Source of the DNA: Sedimentisphaerales bacterium
Lineage (GTDB): Bacteria; Planctomycetota; Phycisphaerae; Sedimentisphaerales; SM23-30
DNA: 64,000 bases
NCBI GenBank assembly: GCA_963663805.2
Contig: CAXXMR010000013.1
Span: 320,001 to 384,000, forward strand
Direction of reading: 5' to 3'
Of the stretch, positions 49,137-59,831 are shown in pieces (positions within the stretch are counted from its first letter, which is position 1; the number at the start of each line of letters is the position of its first letter). Below the pieces are notes generated by a model. It ran no database searches and was not told the DNA's origin. It worked only from the letters and a program-made list of their open reading frames with translations. Position numbers and translations under genes: made by a program.

Positions 49137-50494
49137 TGGCTGGTTGCGGGGCAGATGAATCTGGACAGGGGCAGGGGCTGGAGTTTCCTGTAATGTCTAT
49201 TCGGCGTCTGCCTCTGGAGTGGTTGGCCGGTCTGTCGCGGGGGACGCGGCTGACCATGAGGCGGGAGATGCTCGCTACCGTTCCCTGGGGGATCGTCGCG
49301 GCGACACTTAACCCCGGTATCTGCGCTTTGGTGGGGCGCAAGGCGCTGGGGATGGACGATGATGTTCTGGCGTTGCTGGCGGTTTGCAGTAGTACGGGGA
49401 TGCTTTGTGCGGGGTTTCTGGTTGGTTTTCTAAATCATATCGGTAAGATTCACGCTCTGAAATGGATTGTGGCGGGGGTGTCAGTTATTTTATTGAGTAT
49501 TGCTCTGACCGGGGGGCGGGGTTGGTCGGCACATTTATTTCTGGTGCAGGTTCTGCTTTGTCAGATTGGGGCGGGGCTGCTGGTTACTTTGCGGAGTTCC
49601 ATCTGGCGGCTGAATTATCCGGAGGTTCATCGTGGGAAAATCGTGGTGTTTTTCGGGCTGTGTCTGACGATTACCAATTCTCTTACGGTTTTTATTCTGA
49701 CCTCCGCGATGGATGTATTTAACCTGAGCTATCGGGGTGTTTTTCTTATCGCGGGGATTGTGGCGCTGGCAGGGGCGTATCTTTTCAGTAAGATTCGGGT
49801 ACGGCACGAGGCGGGGGTTCTCAAGAGGTTGCGGGAAGGGGTGGTTTTGCTGCCGCGTTTAAGGCTGCTGGCATCTCTGGAGGTATTGAAAACCGATAAG
49901 CGTTTTCGGAAATTCATGTCATGGCAGATGCTCAATGGTTTTGCGACATTGCTGGTCGAGACTTATCTGTTGATAATCATTCTCAACGATGAGTTTCATT
50001 GCGGCTGGCTGATGGGCGGTTCGGCGGTGGCGGCGGTTCCATTTTTTGTCGCGGGGGTATCGAGTTTGTTATTTGCCCGGCTTTTTGACCGTTATGATAT
50101 TTTTACGATGCGTGCCTTGGGGGCCTTAATCTGGTTTTTGAGCCGAGCGACTCTTTTTGTCGGGGTCTTGATGGGCAGTCTGGGGATGATTTTTTTCAGT
50201 CGGGTAATCGCGGGTATCGCCGGCGGCTGCGGGCGGCTGAATTGGGGACTGGGGCATATGGCTTTTGCCAAGCCGGAACAGGATACGCTTTATATGGGCG
50301 TACATGTGAGTTTGACGGGGCTGCGGGGGATATTGGGGCCCTTTGTGGGTTATATGCTTTATCAGTGGCACTGGTATACACTGCCGGGTTTTGGCAGTCA
50401 GGCGAGCTATATTATCTTTGTGACTGCTGTGGCTCAGTTGACCTGTGCGGTAGGGTTTTTGCATATGAAGGCTAAGTGCGTATCGCACTTATAG
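49136..50494 (+). CDS. MFS transporter
   Basis: About 12 TMs, WRLNYP, YMGVHVSLTGLRG. Confidence 0.8.
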   Translation: MAGCGADESGQGQGLEFPVMSIRRLPLEWLAGLSRGTRLTMRREMLATVPWGIVAATLNPGICALVGRKALGMDDDVLALLAVCSSTGMLCAGFLVGFLNHIGKIHALKWIVAGVSVILLSIALTGGRGWSAHLFLVQVLLCQIGAGLLVTLRSSIWRLNYPEVHRGKIVVFFGLCLTITNSLTVFILTSAMDVFNLSYRGVFLIAGIVALAGAYLFSKIRVRHEAGVLKRLREGVVLLPRLRLLASLEVLKTDKRFRKFMSWQMLNGFATLLVETYLLIIILNDEFHCGWLMGGSAVAAVPFFVAGVSSLLFARLFDRYDIFTMRALGALIWFLSRATLFVGVLMGSLGMIFFSRVIAGIAGGCGRLNWGLGHMAFAKPEQDTLYMGVHVSLTGLRGILGPFVGYMLYQWHWYTLPGFGSQASYIIFVTAVAQLTCAVGFLHMKAKCVSHL

Positions 50495-50534
50495 ATCGCC
50501 GCGGTCGTTTGGTGTATTTGGCGTTATTGTCAGC

Positions 50535-51659
50535 TTATTTCTGTACTGCTTTTACCATTGCTTCGAGGTTTTCTCTGGGGGTGTGGCGAGGTACTACGCA
50601 GCCGGTGCCGAGAATGAAGTTGGTGCTGCCGCCTGCTCCTTGTATGCATTGTTGGGATTCGGCGAGTACTTGTTCGGGGGTGTTTCTCAGGACCGAGAGG
50701 GTATTAACTCCGCCCATGAGAGCGATGTCGGGGCCTACTTTTTCGCGGACCTGGGCGACGGTGAATCCGCCGAGCGGGTCAAGCGGGGCGATGCAGTTTA
50801 GGCCGGTCTCTACGAGCAAATCGACGATGGGCAGGACGTTGCCGCAAATATGACAATATATCAGGGCTTTGGGGTTGTAGCGGTGGAGTTCGTCGCAGAC
50901 GGTTTTGAAATAGGGGAAGACGAATTCTTTCCAGTGGGCGGGAGAAATAAGGGACATATTTCCGGTGGAATCGTTCAGACGCAGGACTTCGAGGCCCATG
51001 TCGAGCCAGAGTTTGCCGCGTTCAATGCAGCGGGCGGCGCCTTTTTCGAGTACAGCATGGACGAGTTGGGGTTCCATTACCAGGTCCATCATGGCATTGT
51101 TCATGCCGCGCAAGCCGACGTAGAAAGACATGGTGGGGGAATCAAGGTCGCCGATGAAGACCAGTTCTGGATATTTTGCCATTACCTTACGCTGATTTTC
51201 AGCCCAGCCGAGCTGTTCGAGCAGTTTTTTGTCGGGCAGGGCCATTCTGCGGGCATCGTCAATGTTTTTGATGGGCGGTTCGGGGCTATGTGCGTTATGC
51301 ACATAAGCGATGCGGACGGGGTCTTCGATGTTATAGTCAGCGGCATCAAAAAGCTGAGTTGCCAGTCCGCCCTGGATGTCGATGGTGCCGATTTTGCGGC
51401 CGTTTTTGACTTCGAAGAGTTTGTCTTCTTCTTCGACTATTTCAAGAGCGGGCATGGGAAACTGACGAACCGCGTCGAAGTTGAGATCCTGGCCCGTGCG
51501 GGCGATTACGTCTAAGGCGGTAATCGGGTCGCGTACAATGTCGGCAAGTGTTGTACCAGTATGGAGGGCGGAATAATCCAGCCATATCTTGGGTATAACG
51601 GGGATGCGGTCGACCGGCTTGCCGCGCAGGGCGGCGAGGACTCTTTCTTTTTTGTTCAT
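50535..51659 (-). CDS. Uroporphyrinogen decarboxylase-family (MtaA/CmuA-like) protein
   Basis: KERVLAAL.G..VDRIP, LISP..WKEF, HICG, FILGTGC.VP..TP.EN. Confidence 0.85.
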   Translation of the reverse strand: MNKKERVLAALRGKPVDRIPVIPKIWLDYSALHTGTTLADIVRDPITALDVIARTGQDLNFDAVRQFPMPALEIVEEEDKLFEVKNGRKIGTIDIQGGLATQLFDAADYNIEDPVRIAYVHNAHSPEPPIKNIDDARRMALPDKKLLEQLGWAENQRKVMAKYPELVFIGDLDSPTMSFYVGLRGMNNAMMDLVMEPQLVHAVLEKGAARCIERGKLWLDMGLEVLRLNDSTGNMSLISPAHWKEFVFPYFKTVCDELHRYNPKALIYCHICGNVLPIVDLLVETGLNCIAPLDPLGGFTVAQVREKVGPDIALMGGVNTLSVLRNTPEQVLAESQQCIQGAGGSTNFILGTGCVVPRHTPRENLEAMVKAVQK

Positions 51660-51694
51660 GGGAGAAACTGTTCCTTACAAACAACGACAATATT

Positions 51695-51736
51695 TAACCG
51701 CGGATTACACGGATTGTCGCGGATTATTAACGGCAA
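51695..51736 (+). repeat. Nonamer tandem repeat ((c/g)cggatt core) ending in the taacggcaa linker
   Basis: aaccgcggattacacggattgtcgcggattattaacggcaa. Confidence 0.5.
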
Positions 51737-51814
51737 GTATAGGATGTGTTAGCAAAACTACTTACTTGCGTAATACCATAACTAACGTAAGTCAGATGAA
51801 TTTCTGGTTCCTTT

Positions 51815-53770
51815 TTATTTAGTTTTGGGGTTTTGCATGTAATAGAGGTATCCATCTTCGGCACCGATGAGCAGGTCGGGGATATTGTTATTGTCCCAAT
51901 CGACGGTTGTGGGGCTGGTGGTGTGGCCGGCAAGTTTTTTGTCGGATACCTGTCCCTTGTTAAGGAGGTAGATTTTGCCGTTTACTTCTTTTACGTTCTG
52001 ATAGAAATCGACGTTTTTGCTGTTAGCGAGCAGGTCGAGTTTGCCGTCCATGTCCCAGTCGGTCAGGCAGATTTTACGGCGCCCGCTGCGCCCGGCAGTT
52101 TTGGGATTGAGCTGGAGTGGTTTGCCGGTTTCGGCGTCGTAGAAAATACGTTTGCCGGGCATGAGAATGAGTTTTTTGTGGGCGTGTTTACGTTCATAAT
52201 AAGCGAGATAGCCTTCCTGGTCGAGCATGACGAGGTCCATGAGGCCATCTTTGTTGAGGTCGTACATTAGGGGTGTTGTACGCCATTGGGTCACGAGGTG
52301 TTTGTCTTCGGGTTTCCACCAGTTCCATTGGGGGTAGGGTGTTTGGCCGGGATAATCGACCAGTACGGGCTGGGCAGCGGCGAGTTTGGGCTGGGTTTTG
52401 GTGCCGATATTGCGATACCACATGATCTTGCACCAGATGGAATTTATCATGATGTCGTTGAGTCCGTCACCATCCCAATCGGCGACACTTAAAGTTGTGT
52501 AGCCCCATTTTGACTCAGCGGGCCCCTGGATAGAGCCTTTTTCGCCGGCCTGGATATGGATTACTTTGCCGTCGACTTCGAGGCAAACAGGTTCGGCCCA
52601 GCGGGGATTTGTTCCGCCGCTGAGATTTTCGATGAAGCCGATATAGCCAGCAGTGTTACCGCAGATTAAATCTTCGTCGCCGTCGCTGTCCCAGTCAATG
52701 CTGTAAGGTGTGACCAGGGCACCGAATTTAATTTCATCGGCCTGCTGGCGGAAGAAAAAGGGCAACTCAAACTGCGGCATATTGTCGATGACCTTGCCGG
52801 TGTTTTTCATCAGGGCCACGCGGCCGTCTTCCTGACCGACGATAATGTCGATGTTGCCGTCGTTGTCCCAGTCGATTGCCGTGGGGACGATCATTTCGAG
52901 GTCCATGGTAATCATCTGGCCATTGTGAGTGAGGAATTTAGACGCGGCATAAACGGGTTTTTCGCGTGTGCCGGTATTTTCGAACCAGTAGAACTTATCG
53001 ACGAAATTGCCGCAAATCAGGTCGAGATCGCCGTCGTTGTCGAAGTCGGCAAAACTGGGTGAAGGCATTCCATAGGTGTCGATGGGTTTGCCGCCAGCCT
53101 GAATCTGGACGGGGGGTTCGTATTCGGGTTTTGCGGTGGTGGCTTTGTTACGCATGAGATAGACATATCCGTGCAGCGGGCCATTGGTCCAGTTGCCATC
53201 CTGATCGAAGGCATTGTCCCAGCCGTAATCATGCCAGAAGCCGACGCCGGCGACGAGGTCGAGTTTGCCGTCGTTGTCGTAGTCAACATATTTCCATTGT
53301 TCGGCGCGGGTTTTGCCGACTGATTTGTAGAAGTCGGGCTGGGGGTAAATGTCAGTAGTTTTACCGAATTTGTTATTGACGAAATCTACCAGTTCTTTTC
53401 CCGCCAGGAGTATACGGGGTTTGCCGTCGATGTAGCAAATCTGGATGTTTTTGAAACCTTCCGCGATTTTTACGGCAGGAGCGAACAGGGTGGTCTGATT
53501 TTTTTCGGCTATATTCTCAAAAAAGTACATACCATTGTAAGGGGTGTCACTGCAGGAGACGAGCAGGTCGTTATCTCCGTCGGCGTCGTAGTCCAGAGGC
53601 AGGGGCCAGGCCCAGAGACCAACGCCGAGATCTACAATCAGGCCGGGATTGTTATATTTGATTCGTGTCGGTTCAGCTGCGGGGCAGGTTAGGGCAAGGA
53701 AGAAGATTACCGCAATGCCAACCACGAGAATGTCCGATAATAATTTTTTATGAACGTATTTGTTGCTCAT
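51815..53770 (-). CDS. Secreted FG-GAP/VCBS repeat beta-propeller protein
   Basis: Repeated D(W/Y/F)DxDGxxDL motifs. Confidence 0.85.
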   Translation of the reverse strand: MSNKYVHKKLLSDILVVGIAVIFFLALTCPAAEPTRIKYNNPGLIVDLGVGLWAWPLPLDYDADGDNDLLVSCSDTPYNGMYFFENIAEKNQTTLFAPAVKIAEGFKNIQICYIDGKPRILLAGKELVDFVNNKFGKTTDIYPQPDFYKSVGKTRAEQWKYVDYDNDGKLDLVAGVGFWHDYGWDNAFDQDGNWTNGPLHGYVYLMRNKATTAKPEYEPPVQIQAGGKPIDTYGMPSPSFADFDNDGDLDLICGNFVDKFYWFENTGTREKPVYAASKFLTHNGQMITMDLEMIVPTAIDWDNDGNIDIIVGQEDGRVALMKNTGKVIDNMPQFELPFFFRQQADEIKFGALVTPYSIDWDSDGDEDLICGNTAGYIGFIENLSGGTNPRWAEPVCLEVDGKVIHIQAGEKGSIQGPAESKWGYTTLSVADWDGDGLNDIMINSIWCKIMWYRNIGTKTQPKLAAAQPVLVDYPGQTPYPQWNWWKPEDKHLVTQWRTTPLMYDLNKDGLMDLVMLDQEGYLAYYERKHAHKKLILMPGKRIFYDAETGKPLQLNPKTAGRSGRRKICLTDWDMDGKLDLLANSKNVDFYQNVKEVNGKIYLLNKGQVSDKKLAGHTTSPTTVDWDNNNIPDLLIGAEDGYLYYMQNPKTK

Positions 53771-53793
53771 TAGATTATGTCTCCAATTAATAA

Positions 53794-55344
53794 TTATTTC
53801 CAAACTGTCAGGTCGCTGGCCAGTTGGGTTTTTCTTCCCAGGATTTTACCTGAGATGAACGCGGTTACAAACATTACTACGTTTCCGACGAGCGTGGTGT
53901 AATATAAATCAAACGGTATACTAAGATTTTCGGGCAGCAGATTCTTTTTTGCCAAGACTGTCCAGATTGTGAAAGCTATTGTGCAGACGATACCGATGAG
54001 TACGGCACGGTAATCACCGCAGCGGGTGAAGAAGCCGAGCATGTAAATACCCAGCAGTCCGCCGCCGACGATGCCCATAAGGATATTAGCGGTATCTTGC
54101 AGGGTTTTGGTTTTTACGTCAACGAGGATGATCGCGCCAGCCATCATGAGTACTGCTACGACCGTGGCTACCGCCCAGGCAATGTGCAGGTAGTGCTTGT
54201 CATTTTTGTTTTTTACGAAGAAGCGTTTGTAGACATCCATTACGAACGAAGTGGAGATGGAGTTGATACTGCTGTCCAGCGATGACATTGAGGCCGCCAG
54301 CGCCGAGGCGATTACCAGGCCGGTTAGGCCGGCGGGCAGATATTCAATGATGAAATACGGAAAAATTTGTTCGGCTTTGCTGACGCCATCCAGAATGTCT
54401 GTGGATGTCGCACAGGGAAAAACATGAAAAAACGCGAACAGGGCCGTTCCCAGAAACATGTAGAACGCCCAGATGGGCAGTGACGCCAGCACGGCAACCA
54501 GCATTGCTTTGCGGGCTTCGTGGGTATTTTTGGCGGTGAAGTAACGCTGGATAATCGACTGGTTCCCGCTGTATTCGGTTAGCCATCCGTTCAGGCCGAG
54601 GATAAAGAGCATCAGAATGGTTTTCTGGCCGAGCGAAAAGCCCCAGGGGATAGGAGTTAGTTTGCCGTCGATTAGTTCGTGGGCGCTGAGCTTGTGGTAT
54701 TCCTGAGCGATGTCGAAAATCTGGCCAAAGCCGCCGGGCAGTTTGCCGACGATAACGGCCAAAGTGATTATTCCGCCGAAGCAAAGTACGATTGTCTGGA
54801 TAACGTCAGTCCAGATTACAGCATCGATTCCACCGATGATGGTGTAAAGCGAAACGCAGACCCCGGCGATGATAATACACCATTTGGGGTTGATGCCGAG
54901 TACTTCATGGAACAGCAGCGAAACCAGATAAAGGATGATACTTACCCGGAGTAACTGCCCGATGATGAACGCCGCGGAAGCGTAAAGGCGGATTGAGGAA
55001 CCAAATCTATCTTCCAGGTATTCGTAGGCTGAAAAACCCTGCTTCTGCCGCCGGAAAAAGGGCAGGAAGACATAGGCTGCAATAAAAACGCCGATAGGCA
55101 AAGCCAGGCAGGCGATGAATCTTATCCATGAGGTTTTGAAAGAATCCGCCGGATATGCCAGAAAAGTTACTGAACTAATAGATGTCCCAACCAGACTGAG
55201 CCCGATTACCCAGCCGGAAAAAGACCTGCCGCCAACAAAATATTCTTCGGTACTGTTGTTCTTTTTCGAAAAGTAAAAACCCATCCAGGCCATCGCCGCC
55301 ATATAAATCAGCAGTACAATAACATCCAGCACTTCCAGTCTCAT
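53794..55344 (-). CDS. Sodium:solute symporter
   Basis: YFVGGRS, GGIDAVIWTD, QRY, ASMSSLDSSINS. Confidence 0.92.
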   Translation of the reverse strand: MRLEVLDVIVLLIYMAAMAWMGFYFSKKNNSTEEYFVGGRSFSGWVIGLSLVGTSISSVTFLAYPADSFKTSWIRFIACLALPIGVFIAAYVFLPFFRRQKQGFSAYEYLEDRFGSSIRLYASAAFIIGQLLRVSIILYLVSLLFHEVLGINPKWCIIIAGVCVSLYTIIGGIDAVIWTDVIQTIVLCFGGIITLAVIVGKLPGGFGQIFDIAQEYHKLSAHELIDGKLTPIPWGFSLGQKTILMLFILGLNGWLTEYSGNQSIIQRYFTAKNTHEARKAMLVAVLASLPIWAFYMFLGTALFAFFHVFPCATSTDILDGVSKAEQIFPYFIIEYLPAGLTGLVIASALAASMSSLDSSINSISTSFVMDVYKRFFVKNKNDKHYLHIAWAVATVVAVLMMAGAIILVDVKTKTLQDTANILMGIVGGGLLGIYMLGFFTRCGDYRAVLIGIVCTIAFTIWTVLAKKNLLPENLSIPFDLYYTTLVGNVVMFVTAFISGKILGRKTQLASDLTVWK

Positions 55345-55425
55345 AAGCCTTTTTCCTAATATATTTTCTCGGTAGAAGGGGCGGACGGTCCGCCCCCCGC
55401 AGGGGGAGTCGAATTGCCTATAGGG

Positions 55426-56469
55426 TTAAATTCGGGCGACACTTCCACGCTCGATGAGAGTAGAAGTCACCCTTTTGATTTGGATTTCATTATGATTGCC
55501 CTTGATGCGGTCGAGCAGGGTTTCGACCATCATTTCGGCAACCTCGTTGATATGGCCGTCCATCGTGGTAAGCGGGGGATTGCTTACCTCTGTCTGGGGC
55601 AGTCCGTCGAAACCCACCAGGGAAATGTCGTCGGGAACTTTCAGGCCGTGCCGCTGGATTGCAGCCAGAGCTTCTAACGCAACTTCGTCATTGTGACAGA
55701 AAAATGCGGTGGGCAGGTCGTCGGGGCGTTCTGCGATAAGTTTGTCCATAAGCTTAAAGCCATGCCCCATGAAACATTGACCTTCCAGAATGTCGCGGGC
55801 GAAAACCGGCAGGTCCAGTTCCATCATGGCTTCCTGGAAGCCCCGCCATCTGGTTAGGCCGCTCATATTGTTGGCATTAGGCGGACAGGCCAGATATCCG
55901 ATACGCCGATGCCCATGCTGATAGAGATACTTGACGACTTCTTTGCAGGCGGAGCAGTTGTCCTGTTCGATAGTGTCAGAAATCATATTGTCTTTGGCGG
56001 TCAGGGTAACAATGGGCAGGTGGCAGCGAAAAATTTCGAAATAGTCCTCGACGTGCTGGTCGATGGTAAATGGTGCCAGTATAAGTCCTTCGATGTGACC
56101 GCTGTTGAAGATCTCAAAGCACTGGTGAATTTTTTCGTGGCTGCGGTTGCCCATTCCCAGCATGATTGTGTAGCCTCGTTCGGTCAAAGCGTGTTCAATT
56201 GCGCTTACCAGTTCGGCAAACCAGGGATTGGTGATTTCGGTGGTGATTAGTACGCCTATTACTTTGGTGGATTTCTTTTTGAGGGCGCGGGCCAGCATGT
56301 TGGGGCGGTACCCCATGAGCTTAGCCTGCTGCTGCACTCTTTTTATTGTTTGCTGATTTACGCCTTTGATGCCGCGCAGGGCCCGGCTGACTGTGGCGGT
56401 GCTGAGGTTCAGCTGCTCAGCGATAGTGTTTATCGTGGCTGGTTGTTTCATATTCATTTCCTTTTGCAT
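55426..56469 (-). CDS. LacI-family regulator
   Basis: TI..IA..LNLSTATVSRAL, YRPN, VPDDISLVGFD. Confidence 0.93.
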   Translation of the reverse strand: MQKEMNMKQPATINTIAEQLNLSTATVSRALRGIKGVNQQTIKRVQQQAKLMGYRPNMLARALKKKSTKVIGVLITTEITNPWFAELVSAIEHALTERGYTIMLGMGNRSHEKIHQCFEIFNSGHIEGLILAPFTIDQHVEDYFEIFRCHLPIVTLTAKDNMISDTIEQDNCSACKEVVKYLYQHGHRRIGYLACPPNANNMSGLTRWRGFQEAMMELDLPVFARDILEGQCFMGHGFKLMDKLIAERPDDLPTAFFCHNDEVALEALAAIQRHGLKVPDDISLVGFDGLPQTEVSNPPLTTMDGHINEVAEMMVETLLDRIKGNHNEIQIKRVTSTLIERGSVARI

Positions 56470-56600
56470 ACGAGTGAGTTAGTAACATGATAGCAAAAGG
56501 TAAAACCAATATCCAGTATCATTTCTGATTATTTATAATAGCTTTTGATTAAAGACGTTATGTCGTTAAGGCTTCTTGTTGCAGTCTTGCAACTACTTGC

Positions 56601-56614
56601 AGTAAACGTTTGCT
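56601..56614. promoter_or_regulatory. Putative LacI-family operator
   Basis: agtaaacgtttgct near-palindrome with AAACGTTT core, upstream of the lacI gene. Confidence 0.5.
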
Positions 56615-56645
56615 ATGTATGATTTTCCGGGGCCGGCAGGACATG

Positions 56646-56678
56646 AAAAAACGACCTCCTGTTTGAAAGAAGGTCGTT
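56646..56678 (-). terminator. tpx terminator
   Basis: aaaaaacgacct...aggtcgtt. Confidence 0.6.
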
Positions 56679-56708
56679 AAGTATGGGTATCCAAGTTGCT
56701 TATATAAG

Positions 56709-57224
56709 TTAGGTGAGTTTTTTAACAGCCTGAAGTGCGGCTTCGTAGTCGGGTTCGGTGGTGATTTCAGGAACCTGCTGCATATAGGCGATTTTACCGT
56801 CTTTGCTGATTACGAATACGGCACGGGCCAGGAGTCTAAGTTCTTTGATTAGCTGGCCATAGGCGTTGGCGAAGGAGGCCTCGCGATGGTCGCTAAGGGT
56901 GGTCAGGTTTTTGGCATCTGCGGCACCGCACCAGCGAGCTTGAGCGAAAGGCAGGTCCATACTGATGGTAAGTACCGCTATGTTGTCGCCCATAATCGCA
57001 GCTTCCTGATTGAAGCGGCGGGTCTGGATGTCACAGACCGGGGTGTCCAGCGAGGGCACGACAGATATTACGACGATTTTGCCTTTGACCTCCGTCAGAG
57101 AGAATGGCGACAGGTCGTTTTTGAGGGCCTGGAAATCCGGGGCGGCATCGCCCACCTTTAAGGAGGGGCCGACGAGGGTAAGGCTGTTGCCATGAAACGT
57201 GATAAATCCTTTTCTTTCAGTCAT
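56709..57224 (-). CDS. tpx: Thiol peroxidase
   Basis: VPSLDTPVC, DLPFAQARWCG. Confidence 0.93.
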   Translation of the reverse strand: MTERKGFITFHGNSLTLVGPSLKVGDAAPDFQALKNDLSPFSLTEVKGKIVVISVVPSLDTPVCDIQTRRFNQEAAIMGDNIAVLTISMDLPFAQARWCGAADAKNLTTLSDHREASFANAYGQLIKELRLLARAVFVISKDGKIAYMQQVPEITTEPDYEAALQAVKKLT

Positions 57225-57280
57225 TTAAAAATCCTTTCGCGAGTGTTCTGCTGCTTAGGCAGGGCCAGAAATCTGCCGGG

Positions 57281-58516
57281 TTAAAATTGCATTAGTCTAA
57301 CTTTTACGTTTGTTGCTGATATTATAGGCCTGTTTTTATAAGAAAACCAGTTTTGGGTTTTCAGGCAGATTTTGACCAGCATGAGCATCACCGGTACTTC
57401 AATGAGTACTCCCACTACTGTTGCCAGGGCAGCGCCGGATGAGAGCCCGAACAACATTACCGCGGTTGCGATGGCGACTTCAAAATGATTTGATGCGTCT
57501 ATCATTGCTGAAGGAGCCGCATCTTCATAGGCCAAACCCAGGATGCGGGAAAGGGCATATCCCAGTGCGAAAATAAACACTGTTTGGAGAAATAGCGGTA
57601 CTGCTATCCAGAGGATTGTGAGGGGGTTGCTCAGTATTATTTCACCTTTGAAAGAAAACAGCAGTACCAGAGTTGCCAGCAGAGCGACGATGGTAATGGG
57701 GGTCAGGATATGGAGAAATTTTTCCTGAAACCATTGTCGTCCGCGGGTTGCGATAATCCATTTTCGGGTAAAAAAGCCGGTGACCAGCGGCAAAGCTACA
57801 TATATCGCTACGGAAAGCAACAACGCCTGCCAGGGCACAGGAAGTCGGCCTACCCCCAGCAGGTATCCTCCCAGGATTCCGTAGAGCAAGAGCATCGCTA
57901 GCGAATTGATCGCGACCATAACCAGTGTGTGCCCGGCGTTTCCTTGGGCAAGATGTCCCCAGACCAGTACCATAGCTGTACAAGGGGCGATACCGAGCAG
58001 AATACATCCGGCAAGATAGCTGCGCCAGAGCGGTATCTGGAGCATTTTTTCACCATTATGGATTACTACTTCCCCTGCTCCATAGTTTTCTCCAATTTGC
58101 ATATCAGTGCCCAGCGGCAGTTTGACAAAGTCTTTTGCTTCCGGTCCAATCAGGCCGTAAAAAACTGTTCCCAGGAAAAAAAGGGCCAGGGCGTACATTG
58201 TAAACGGTTTGATTGCCCAATTGATAAACAGTGTCAGAGAGACCGGCTTCAGGCTTTTTCCTGCTTTGACAACTTCGGCAAAATCTATTTTGACCATTAT
58301 CGGGTACATCATAAAGAAAAGGCAAACCGCGATAGGTATCGATACTACTGGTGCCTCTCCAATATAGATTGCCATCGAATCGAGCTTGAGGGCTAAGTGT
58401 GGGGCGAATTTGCCCAGGAAGATACCACCGGCTATACACAGCAGGATCCAGACAGTGAGATATTTTTCAAAAAGGCTTAGGCCTTTTTCTGCATGTCCTG
58501 GTTTTTGAACGCTCAT
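57281..58516 (-). CDS. acr3: ACR3-family arsenite efflux transporter
   Basis: [46 protein letters not shown]. Confidence 0.93.
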   Translation of the reverse strand: MSVQKPGHAEKGLSLFEKYLTVWILLCIAGGIFLGKFAPHLALKLDSMAIYIGEAPVVSIPIAVCLFFMMYPIMVKIDFAEVVKAGKSLKPVSLTLFINWAIKPFTMYALALFFLGTVFYGLIGPEAKDFVKLPLGTDMQIGENYGAGEVVIHNGEKMLQIPLWRSYLAGCILLGIAPCTAMVLVWGHLAQGNAGHTLVMVAINSLAMLLLYGILGGYLLGVGRLPVPWQALLLSVAIYVALPLVTGFFTRKWIIATRGRQWFQEKFLHILTPITIVALLATLVLLFSFKGEIILSNPLTILWIAVPLFLQTVFIFALGYALSRILGLAYEDAAPSAMIDASNHFEVAIATAVMLFGLSSGAALATVVGVLIEVPVMLMLVKICLKTQNWFSYKNRPIISATNVKVRLMQF

Positions 58517-58528
58517 GTTGACATTCCT

Positions 58529-58963
58529 TTATTGGGAGATGAGGGAGTCCGGTAAGGTCAGGATATATTCTTTGATTTGGTCGCGAACTTTTCGGTAGCA
58601 GTCGAGCTGTTTTTCTGGGGCGTCTATGTTTTGAGCGAGTTTGGGCGGGTCATCGAAGCCAACGTGGATTATGCGGGCTTTTTGGGGAAAAACGGGGCAG
58701 TTTTCGTGGGCATGGCCGCAGACGGTGATTACGTAGTCGAAATTGATGTGGGTGAATTCGCTTACGTTTTGGGACTTCTGGGCCGTGATGTCAATGCCTG
58801 CTTCAGCCATGACTTTTACCGCCGAGGGGTTCAGGCCGTGGGTTTCGATGCCCGCGGAGTATGCTTCGATTTGATCGCCGCGCAGGGCACGGGCAAACCC
58901 TTCAGCCATCTGGGAACGGCAGGAATTACCGGTGCAAAGGAATAAAACTTTCAGCTTTGACAT
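58529..58963 (-). CDS. arsC: Thioredoxin-coupled arsenate reductase (LMW-PTP fold)
   Basis: CTGNSCRSQMAE, TVC..A.ENCP, FDDP. Confidence 0.92.
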   Translation of the reverse strand: MSKLKVLFLCTGNSCRSQMAEGFARALRGDQIEAYSAGIETHGLNPSAVKVMAEAGIDITAQKSQNVSEFTHINFDYVITVCGHAHENCPVFPQKARIIHVGFDDPPKLAQNIDAPEKQLDCYRKVRDQIKEYILTLPDSLISQ

Positions 58964-59012
58964 TTTTTGCAGAGCTCCTCTTTATCGATTTTGATTATTT
59001 GTTCTATTTTCA

Positions 59013-59034
59013 TATTTCGTCACATATCGGAATA
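59013..59034. promoter_or_regulatory. Possible ArsR-type operator
   Basis: tatttcg-N8-cggaata imperfect palindrome just upstream of arsC. Confidence 0.4.
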
Positions 59035-59135
59035 ATTATAGAACGTGTATCCGCATAGGCAAGCCAGAGGATGGTTAGAATCCAGTTGGAGTGTGAAATT
59101 TATAACAAGGCCATCGTCAACCACTTTCGAGCCAT

Positions 59136-59169
59136 AAAAAAAGGTCGTCGTAAAGAATTACGGCGACCT
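59136..59169 (-). terminator. Terminator after the response regulator
   Basis: aaaaaaaggtcgtcgtaa...ttacggcgacct. Confidence 0.7.
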
Positions 59170-59252
59170 CAAACTGAATGGATCCCGGCATTGCCCTGTT
59201 AGATTTGCCTCCGAGCAATGTGGGCCGAAAGCCTAAATTAAATAAAAGCGAC

Positions 59253-59831
59253 TCAATGTATAATAGACAAGGCGTCGCTGATACTGTCAATCATTTGTCT
59301 AATCTCGAAGGGACGGCAAAGGTAGCTATCGAAACCCTGCTGCATTAGAGCCTGGCCTTCTCCTTCGGTTAAAGCGGACGTAATAGCGATTATTCTGGTA
59401 CTTTGCAGTTCGGTATTTTCATGAATCAGTTGGCAGATTCTTTTGACATTAATATCTTCGAGCATTACATCAATGAAAATTACGTGCGGATTGAATTTTT
59501 CGGCGATAACCCCGGCGTCAAAACCACATTCGGCGATGCGAACTTCGTAGCGACCGTCGCGTTCAAGGGCATCGGCCAGCGTCTGGGTAATTTCGGCATT
59601 GTCCTGCACCAGCATAATACGGCTGGTGCCCCCGTCTATGCCGTTAAGAGGGATATTATGAGCCCGCATAAAACGAATCAGCTGGTCCAGAGGAATGCGG
59701 CGGTCCTTACTGCCCGGTATCCGGTAGCCCCGCAGACGGCCTGAATCAAACCATTTGGAAACTGTGCGAGGGGCAACGTTGCAAATCTTGGCTACCTGCC
59801 CGGTTGTCAGTACATCTTTTTTCTTATCCAT
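59253..59831 (-). CDS. Excisionase-type HTH + receiver response regulator
   Basis: LTTGQVAKICNVAPRTVSKWFDSG.L.GYRIPGSKDRRIP; receiver domain. Confidence 0.88.
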   Translation of the reverse strand: MDKKKDVLTTGQVAKICNVAPRTVSKWFDSGRLRGYRIPGSKDRRIPLDQLIRFMRAHNIPLNGIDGGTSRIMLVQDNAEITQTLADALERDGRYEVRIAECGFDAGVIAEKFNPHVIFIDVMLEDINVKRICQLIHENTELQSTRIIAITSALTEGEGQALMQQGFDSYLCRPFEIRQMIDSISDALSIIH

